A stretch of DNA of 12,097 nt from positions 1-12,097 of the IMG/VR virus record IMGVR_UViG_3300045988_152913. One strand, 5' to 3'. Numbering within the stretch: the first letter of the stretch is position 1; each line of letters starts with the position of its first letter. The notes beneath the pieces are model-generated. The model was not told the origin of the DNA. It worked only from the letters and a program-made list of their open reading frames with translations, and searched no databases. The position numbers and the translations under genes were made by a program. The stretch is from a virus. Below, one piece after another: positions 7,955-12,097 of this stretch.

Positions 7955-9961
7955 CTAACATTTAAGCATTTTCCTTTCGTAAATGCAGTTTAAAAAAGCC
8001 TTTTCAACGGTCATTGTAAACGGAACAGAATATATATAGCAACCGCCTAGAGTGTGCATTTCTTGACCGTTAATAATTGCTGTGCTTTCTCCGTGGTAAG
8101 TGTGCGCATTTTTACCGCTGACAAAAAATGACATTTCGGGCTTAAAATTATCGTAAAGTGCATTCTCCCCGTTTTCCTTTACATAATCTTTAATTGTCTT
8201 CTTCGGCATTCCCGCAATCACTGCTTTTGTTTTATCATCAACTGTATAAATGTATCTTTTCGCCCCCCACGTTTTAAATTTATTATATGTTTCTTCAAGG
8301 TCAAATAATCCCAAATCTTTATATATCTCAAAATCTAACTTTAATTCATTGCAGATTTTTTTATTCAAATTTAATGTCTTTTCGTTATATTCGTTAAATA
8401 TAGTATTGCAACCTTTTAACACTTTGATACTGTCAGTATCACTATATAATGCTTTTTCTTTGCACTTGTATATATTACTTAATATTATATATCTGCAATA
8501 AGCAGTAATATAAATTCCCCAGTAGGGAGAAAGTATTTGATTTTTTATAACCTTTTCGTAAGTATCCCCTTGTTCCTCTATCCATTCCCCATTTTTAAAG
8601 GTAATTTCTTCCAAATTTAAGCGTGAAACACACATTCCATAACACGAATTTAATTTTCCTTTGCTTTCAAAATAATTCTGCATCCATATATCTGTATCTT
8701 CTTTATTTTCTTTTAAATACTTTTTGTTTTTATAAAATTCCGCAACGGAATTAATTAAGTAAAAAGGTAATTTCTTTTTTACTGCTGTTTTCATCCCTTG
8801 TATTTCCATTTTATCCCATTTGTAAAACATTTCGTAAATTTTATAATCAAGCTCCGTAAGCATTACCGTTATTTCCGTTGCAAATGCAAGCCGACCATTT
8901 TCAAACAATGCGTTTTTCATATTCATTATTTTGTGTTTACTTTCTATAACGTGATGTTCTTTAGCGGTAATATTATAAAATGTATATATTGCTATCGTTG
9001 ACACATTCTCGTTTTTTATTCTTTTATCCCACAATTTAATATCTTCCTCTTCATATTCCGTCATTGGGAATTTATACTGTAGCATTATTGACGGATAAGC
9101 ACTTGTTAAATCATAACTATCAATATTCGTCAAAATATCGCCACAGATGGCGGTCTGAGCGTGTGTAAATCCGCCACGAAATAACCACTTCATAGTAAAA
9201 TTATAAGAAGCTACATCTTTCGGATAAAGTTTCGAAACATCTTTTTTTATACAGTATAACCGCTTGCTAGGTATTTGCTCCTTTATATACTGTCTTACAA
9301 TTCCTGTCGATGTAAAAGGTATTCGCTTGTTTTGCCTTGTGTACTTGTTATGTATGTAATCGGCATATTCCGATAATATAACAACATCATTTATACAGTA
9401 TTGTAATTCTTTATCTGTTAATTCTGTTAAATGATTTCGTTCTATATTATAATCAAGGTCGCCGACTAGCTTTTTTGTTTTACAAAAATTATCAGCAAGC
9501 GTTGCAAGCGATACTCCCGATAAAGCCGCAGAATCCCTAAAAATAAAGCCGTTTGTTAGCTGTACTTCTAGCGGTTGATATTTCGCTTTTGCGAATACCT
9601 TTTTTAATAATCCTTTGCATTCAAGGTAAGGAAGTAAGAAAGACATTTCGAAACCCAAATTATGAACGAATATTATAATATTTGCCTTTGAAAACATTCG
9701 AGGAAGTTTTAAAAATTCAAGCAGATTAAAAAAATCTTCCCATGTTCTTCCGATAATAACCGTTCCGTTTATAGAAAATTGCCAAATGTAAATAAAAGCG
9801 GTTTTTGTTTCTGCGTGGTTTGTTGTTTCTACGTCAAAGCCACAACATAAATCATAGCACTTGTAAGCATTTTCACCTCTGCCTATTTGATAAATTTCGG
9901 GCGGTATAATATTTTTGTTTACTATACAATTCCAACCTTTATTATTATCATAGATTCGCAT
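7955..9961 (-). CDS. Family B protein-primed DNA polymerase (phi29 gp2-like)
   Basis: Motifs in order: ExoI FDVETT, ExoII HNLGFE, ExoIII YCINDVVIL, YxGG FRGGFT, motif A DLTSAYPS, motif B KLNSCYG, motif C YSDTDSI, KxY GAKRYIY. This is the phi29 polymerase order. Confidence 0.95.
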   Translation of the reverse strand: MRIYDNNKGWNCIVNKNIIPPEIYQIGRGENAYKCYDLCCGFDVETTNHAETKTAFIYIWQFSINGTVIIGRTWEDFFNLLEFLKLPRMFSKANIIIFVHNLGFEMSFLLPYLECKGLLKKVFAKAKYQPLEVQLTNGFIFRDSAALSGVSLATLADNFCKTKKLVGDLDYNIERNHLTELTDKELQYCINDVVILSEYADYIHNKYTRQNKRIPFTSTGIVRQYIKEQIPSKRLYCIKKDVSKLYPKDVASYNFTMKWLFRGGFTHAQTAICGDILTNIDSYDLTSAYPSIMLQYKFPMTEYEEEDIKLWDKRIKNENVSTIAIYTFYNITAKEHHVIESKHKIMNMKNALFENGRLAFATEITVMLTELDYKIYEMFYKWDKMEIQGMKTAVKKKLPFYLINSVAEFYKNKKYLKENKEDTDIWMQNYFESKGKLNSCYGMCVSRLNLEEITFKNGEWIEEQGDTYEKVIKNQILSPYWGIYITAYCRYIILSNIYKCKEKALYSDTDSIKVLKGCNTIFNEYNEKTLNLNKKICNELKLDFEIYKDLGLFDLEETYNKFKTWGAKRYIYTVDDKTKAVIAGMPKKTIKDYVKENGENALYDNFKPEMSFFVSGKNAHTYHGESTAIINGQEMHTLGGCYIYSVPFTMTVEKAFLNCIYERKMLKC

Positions 9962-10626
9962 TAAAAAGGCAATCCTTTCTTTCCTTGCTTATAATCGGCA
10001 AGTTGTTTCAAAGCGTCTTCACGCTGTGCTTGTTGACGTTTTTCAAATTCTTCGTCCAGTTCTTCTATGTAATTTTTTTCTTCAAGCTCCGCCTGATTTG
10101 CTACCGTGTTTATCTTTTTGACTATATCGTCAAGCTCGGATAATTCTTCTTTTTTCTTTCCTTTTCTTTTCTCAACAAATTCTTCTAAAATTCCACTGTA
10201 GCGGGGGTCATTTTGAACTCTGTACAAAATATCAAGATTAGAGGTAAGATTATTCCACGCTTTCGCCCCCCTGTGTTCTTCTTCGATTTCGGCTTGCGTG
10301 ACATCTTTCAAGGGCTTATTTTCTCTTGCGCTGATTTTCTTTTTATATTCAAATTTTATATCGCCTTTTGTTTTTGTTTTTTGATTTGCAAGGCTCTTTT
10401 TAAGGGCGGTCACCTTTTGCCTGTTTTCTTTTGTGTTTGCTATCGCAAAAGTGCCTTGCGGAGCGGTTTTAGTAATTTTAAAATCATAGTTGATACCCGC
10501 ACTATCAAGTGCTTTCTTATATGCGGCTACCTCGTTACTGTCAAACCCCATATAACCAGCAACCTCCGCAAGTCGCTGATTTATCTTTTTTATGTACTTT
10601 TGCGCTTCTTTTTGTGCGTTTGTCAT
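9961..10626 (-). CDS. Terminal protein candidate (phi29 gp3 position)
   Basis: It lies directly upstream of the polymerase and is translationally coupled to it (TAATG overlap). It is highly charged and Lys-rich. Faint resemblances to phi29 TP are VQNDPRYS versus MRTDPQYY, EELDEEFEK versus ISFEEFDSE, and the C-terminal end YKQGKKGLPF versus YRRGDFDLSLKGF. Confidence 0.55.
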   Translation of the reverse strand: MTNAQKEAQKYIKKINQRLAEVAGYMGFDSNEVAAYKKALDSAGINYDFKITKTAPQGTFAIANTKENRQKVTALKKSLANQKTKTKGDIKFEYKKKISARENKPLKDVTQAEIEEEHRGAKAWNNLTSNLDILYRVQNDPRYSGILEEFVEKRKGKKKEELSELDDIVKKINTVANQAELEEKNYIEELDEEFEKRQQAQREDALKQLADYKQGKKGLPF

Positions 10627-10643
10627 ATAAAATACCTCTTTTT

Positions 10644-10675
10644 AAAAATTAAGGGACGGCGCAAAACCGTCCCTT
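10644..10675 (-). terminator. Minus-strand intrinsic terminator/attenuator between the SSB and terminal-protein genes
   Basis: The 9-bp GC-rich stem AAGGGACGG/CCGTCCCTT (10651-10659 / 10667-10675) is followed on the minus strand by AAUUUUUAAAAA. There is no U-tract on the plus strand. Confidence 0.6.
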
Positions 10676-10688
10676 GATTGAAACAAAA

Positions 10689-11003
10689 TTACTTGATGTA
10701 AAGGGAAAGGAACGTTCTGCCACTCTTGCTTTCTCTGTGTAGTACCTCAACTTCCAGTGTACCTAACTCGTCTATGAGGTCAACGAGCTTGTTTACTGTG
10801 CTTAACACTGTTGCAGACACCGAGCCGTAAACGCCCTCTGTGGTAAAGAGATATGCGACCTCTTTTTCCTCTCCTGTTTCCGTGTCTATCACGGTATCAG
10901 TTGCAACACCTGTAACGGTAAGGTCGGTAGCCTTTTCAAGCGACATCGAGCTTGAAGAAGCGTTGAAAAGGTCTTTTGCTGTGAGATTTGTTGTTTTTGT
11001 CAT
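10689..11003 (-). CDS. Single-stranded DNA-binding protein, phi29 p5-like
   Basis: AYLFTTEGVYGSVSATVLSTVNKLVDLIDELGTLEVEVLHRESKSGRTFLSLYIK parallels phi29 p5 [59 protein letters not shown]. ATG 11003 follows the SD AGGAG with a 7-nt spacer. The track start at 11033 has no SD and lies inside the palindrome. Confidence 0.8.
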   Translation of the reverse strand: MTKTTNLTAKDLFNASSSSMSLEKATDLTVTGVATDTVIDTETGEEKEVAYLFTTEGVYGSVSATVLSTVNKLVDLIDELGTLEVEVLHRESKSGRTFLSLYIK

Positions 11004-11015
11004 AATAAAACTCCT

Positions 11016-11033
11016 ATGTTCCATGTGGAACAT
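11016..11033. promoter_or_regulatory. Palindrome copy 3: ATGTTCCA-TG-TGGAACAT, abutting the SSB ribosome-binding site
   Basis: The 8-bp arms are perfect. On the minus strand the sequence reads ATGTTCCACATGGAACAT followed directly by AGGAG. Confidence 0.45.
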
Positions 11034-11080
11034 TGCTATTTGTCGGATAGCTCCGTATTTATACCCTGTCGGGTTGGGGT

Positions 11081-11103
11081 GCGGCTGTTAAAAGGACAAC
11101 CGC
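11081..11103 (-). other. Strand-biased RNA hairpin downstream of the 65-aa gene
   Basis: The 8-bp stem GCGGUUGU/ACAGCCGC holds on the minus-strand RNA, where one pair is a G-U wobble. On the plus strand that pair is a C-A mismatch. No U-tract follows. Confidence 0.3.
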
Positions 11104-11111
11104 TCAGAACC

Positions 11112-11309
11112 TTAAAAAATATACTCGAATGTTGCGCCTGTTGAGATTTTGAGTATCTTTACTTTTTTAGTATACTCACCGCACTCAAACCTTGCGGCGA
11201 TTTCCATCGCCGAAGAAAAACAGTCCGTAAAAGCGGGGATAACGTTCCCGTTTCGCTTTTCGCACGTTACCAAATATCCGAGGTTTGCGCTTCCTTTTTC
11301 CATTTTCAT
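11112..11309 (-). CDS. Hypothetical early protein (65 aa)
   Basis: The SD AAGGAGGTG lies 6 nt upstream of the ATG, and the gene is tightly packed in the early operon. I recognise no motif. Confidence 0.6.
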   Translation of the reverse strand: MKMEKGSANLGYLVTCEKRNGNVIPAFTDCFSSAMEIAARFECGEYTKKVKILKISTGATFEYIF

Positions 11310-11312
11310 TTG

Positions 11313-11564
11313 TTACACCTCCTTGCATTCGTTTATTCGAGCAATTAATTTTGTTAAGGACGTCACAAAATTTGTTGCGCAAGCACTGCTAAGTGTGACA
11401 TTTGTGCTTGCTTTTTGCAGATACTCAAGGTCTTTTGCCGTGTTCGTGATATGCTTTGTCAACTCTGATATGATGTAATTAACGTTAATCTGTACATTTT
11501 CCATGTCAATATTAACATTTTTCATTGCATTGTCCTGTGCTTCATAAAGTCTGTAGTTTTTCAT
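11313..11564 (-). CDS. Hypothetical early protein (83 aa, predicted helical)
   Basis: The SD GGAAGAGG lies 6 nt upstream of the ATG. The stop codon is embedded in the SD of the next gene. I recognise no motif. Confidence 0.6.
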   Translation of the reverse strand: MKNYRLYEAQDNAMKNVNIDMENVQINVNYIISELTKHITNTAKDLEYLQKASTNVTLSSACATNFVTSLTKLIARINECKEV

Positions 11565-11598
11565 GTTAAACCTCTTCCTGTCATTTTGTTTTGAGGTG

Positions 11599-11687
11599 TT
11601 ACCTCTCGTTTCATTGTCTATATATTACACCTTTTATATGTAATCTGTATGATAGTTTTGTGTTAATTATGTGAAATTTGTTTTACC
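11599..11687. repeat. Copy A of a duplicated ~89-bp promoter/leader module
   Basis: It shares with 11902-11990 the blocks ttacctctc(g)tttcattg(t/a)ctatat, a 28-bp core tgatagttttgtgNNaattatgtgaaat (26/28 identical) and a terminal ttacc. Confidence 0.75.
11622..11677 (-). promoter_or_regulatory. Candidate internal early promoter (copy A)
   Basis: The minus strand carries a -10-like TAATAT (11627-11622) preceded by GGTG. There is no good -35, and an upstream TTTCAC box lies in the conserved core. It sits ahead of the 83-aa gene. Confidence 0.35.
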
Positions 11688-11887
11688 TCCTTTTTAAGTC
11701 GGTCAAGCACAACTTGTCCGTTTACCCCTGTCATTTTCTCAAAATACGAGGATTTTAAAAACCTCGCTACCTCGGAGCGCATATTAGGTTCATTGCGGTA
11801 GTCATTAACCGCTTGATTGATTACGGCAATCCATAGTTGTGTATAACCTCCGTTGGTTTTTATCGGACTTTTCTTAAGTGGTCTAAT
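11663..11887 (-). CDS. Hypothetical first early protein (~74 aa) with a non-canonical start (ATT or CTG)
   Basis: An 87-codon open frame on the minus strand has protein-like sequence (...GGYTQLWIAVINQAVNDYRNEPNMRSEVARFLKSSYFEKMTGVNGQVVLDRLKKEVKQISHN). The strong SD AAAGGAG (11903-11897) is followed by CTG 11896, ATT 11893 and ATT 11887. There is no ATG/GTG/TTG until codon 49, and that ATG has no SD. Confidence 0.45.
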   Translation of the reverse strand: MRPLKKSPIKTNGGYTQLWIAVINQAVNDYRNEPNMRSEVARFLKSSYFEKMTGVNGQVVLDRLKKEVKQISHN

Positions 11888-11901
11888 TTTAATCAGCTCC
11901 T

Positions 11902-11990
11902 TTACCTCTCTTTCATTGACTATATTGTACCAAACCCGTATGAAAACTATTTGATAGTTTTGTGAAAATTATGTGAAATATTAACTTACC
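11902..11990. repeat. Copy B of the duplicated ~89-bp promoter/leader module
   Basis: See copy A. Copy B also contains the inverted repeat AAAACTAT-ttg-ATAGTTTT (11943-11961) and two GTGAAA boxes 10 bp apart (11963-11968 and 11973-11978). Confidence 0.75.
11924..11979 (-). promoter_or_regulatory. Candidate telomere-proximal early promoter (copy B)
   Basis: The minus strand carries an extended -10, TGgTACAAT (11932-11924). There is no recognisable -35, and two TTTCAC boxes lie upstream. It sits ahead of the first early ORF. Confidence 0.4.
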
Positions 11991-12046
11991 ACTTTACCAC
12001 TTTATCACTTTATCACTTTACCACTTTAGCACTTTAGCACTTTAGC
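11984..12046. repeat. Tandem 8-bp repeat array (ACTTTAnC, 7 full units plus one degenerate unit) abutting the right ITR
   Basis: Units across 11991-12046: actttacc, actttatc, actttatc, actttacc, actttagc, actttagc, actttagc. A 7-nt unit acttacc precedes them at 11984-11990. The last unit faces an inverted unit (taaagtg, 12051-12057) inside the ITR. Confidence 0.9.
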
Positions 12047-12097
12047 GTGATAAAGTGCGAGTTAGTTTCAACTAACTTTTCCCCCTCTTATTACTTT
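12041..12097. repeat. Right inverted terminal repeat (ITR)
   Basis: The reverse complement of the last 57 bases equals bases 1-57 with two adjacent mismatches. The window starts and ends exactly at the repeat, which implies a full-length linear genome. Confidence 0.9.
12060..12077. repeat. Palindrome inside the right ITR (AGTTAGTT-TC-AACTAACT)
   Basis: The 8-bp arms are identical to the left copy. Only the central dinucleotide differs, and these two bases are the only mismatches in the ITR core. Confidence 0.85.

Noticed and set aside
11004-11033. N-terminal extension MFHMEHRSFI of the SSB ORF (track start at 11033).
   Set aside because: There is no SD upstream, and these codons are the palindrome itself. 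ATG 11003 has AGGAG at ideal spacing, and the p5-like similarity begins after it.
11034-11075. TATAAA (minus strand, near 11060) as a dedicated SSB promoter.
   Set aside because: There is no acceptable -35 at 16-18 nt; the nearest TTAACA is 22 nt away. SSB is more simply expressed by read-through from the upstream early promoters.
11081-11103. The hairpin as an intrinsic terminator for the 65-aa gene.
   Set aside because: The stem is followed by ACCCCAACCC rather than a U-tract. It is kept only as a possible RNA structure.
11561-11614. A 17-codon upstream ORF (MKREVTPQNKMTGRGLT) in the copy A leader, ending in ATGA overlap with the 83-aa gene. The matching 4-codon ORF in copy B is ATG AAA GAG AGG TAA.
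   Set aside because: Neither ATG has an SD. The copy B version is only 4 codons, so the conserved block is more likely a leader or regulatory sequence than a coding one.
11984-12046. Possibility that the tandem repeat is a CRISPR array.
   Set aside because: The units are 8 bp, directly abutting, with no spacers, and the array sits at a phage telomere. It is a microsatellite-like or iteron-like array.
1-12097. tRNA, rRNA, integrase/repressor (lysogeny) or transposase content, or identity as a linear plasmid rather than a phage.
   Set aside because: I saw no cloverleaf-like or rRNA-like segments and no recombinase-like ORF. The capsid, portal, tail knob and packaging ATPase genes argue for a virulent phage rather than a plasmid.

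Overview
The window appears to be a complete linear genome (12,097 bp) of a miniature phi29-like podophage that replicates by protein priming. The host is probably an AT-rich Firmicute, judging by strong GGAGG-type ribosome-binding sites, a YvrJ-like membrane protein and an M23/SH3-like lysin. Both ends carry a ~57-bp inverted terminal repeat that begins 5'-AAAGTA, the same hexamer that forms the phi29 termini. The genes form two convergent operons that start next to the telomeres and meet at a bidirectional terminator (7871-7905). The plus-strand structural/lysis operon (140-7851) encodes a small YvrJ-like membrane protein, the major capsid protein, a tail-knob (gp9-like) homolog split into two ORFs, the portal, a lower-collar-like protein, an M23 peptidase and a gp16-like packaging ATPase. 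The minus-strand replication operon (11887-7955) encodes three small unknown proteins (one hidden from the ORF track because it lacks an ATG/GTG/TTG start), a phi29 p5-like SSB, a terminal-protein candidate and a family-B protein-primed DNA polymerase. Noncoding points of interest are an 8-bp tandem array abutting the right ITR (degenerate at the left end), an 18-bp palindrome inside each ITR, a duplicated ~89-bp promoter/leader module, a three-copy palindrome TGTTCCA-N2-TGGAACA, and no obvious place for a phi29-sized pRNA. No scaffold, appendage/tail-fibre or integrase gene is recognisable. All homology calls are by-eye motif comparison with remembered phi29 proteins and need HMM or structure-based confirmation.
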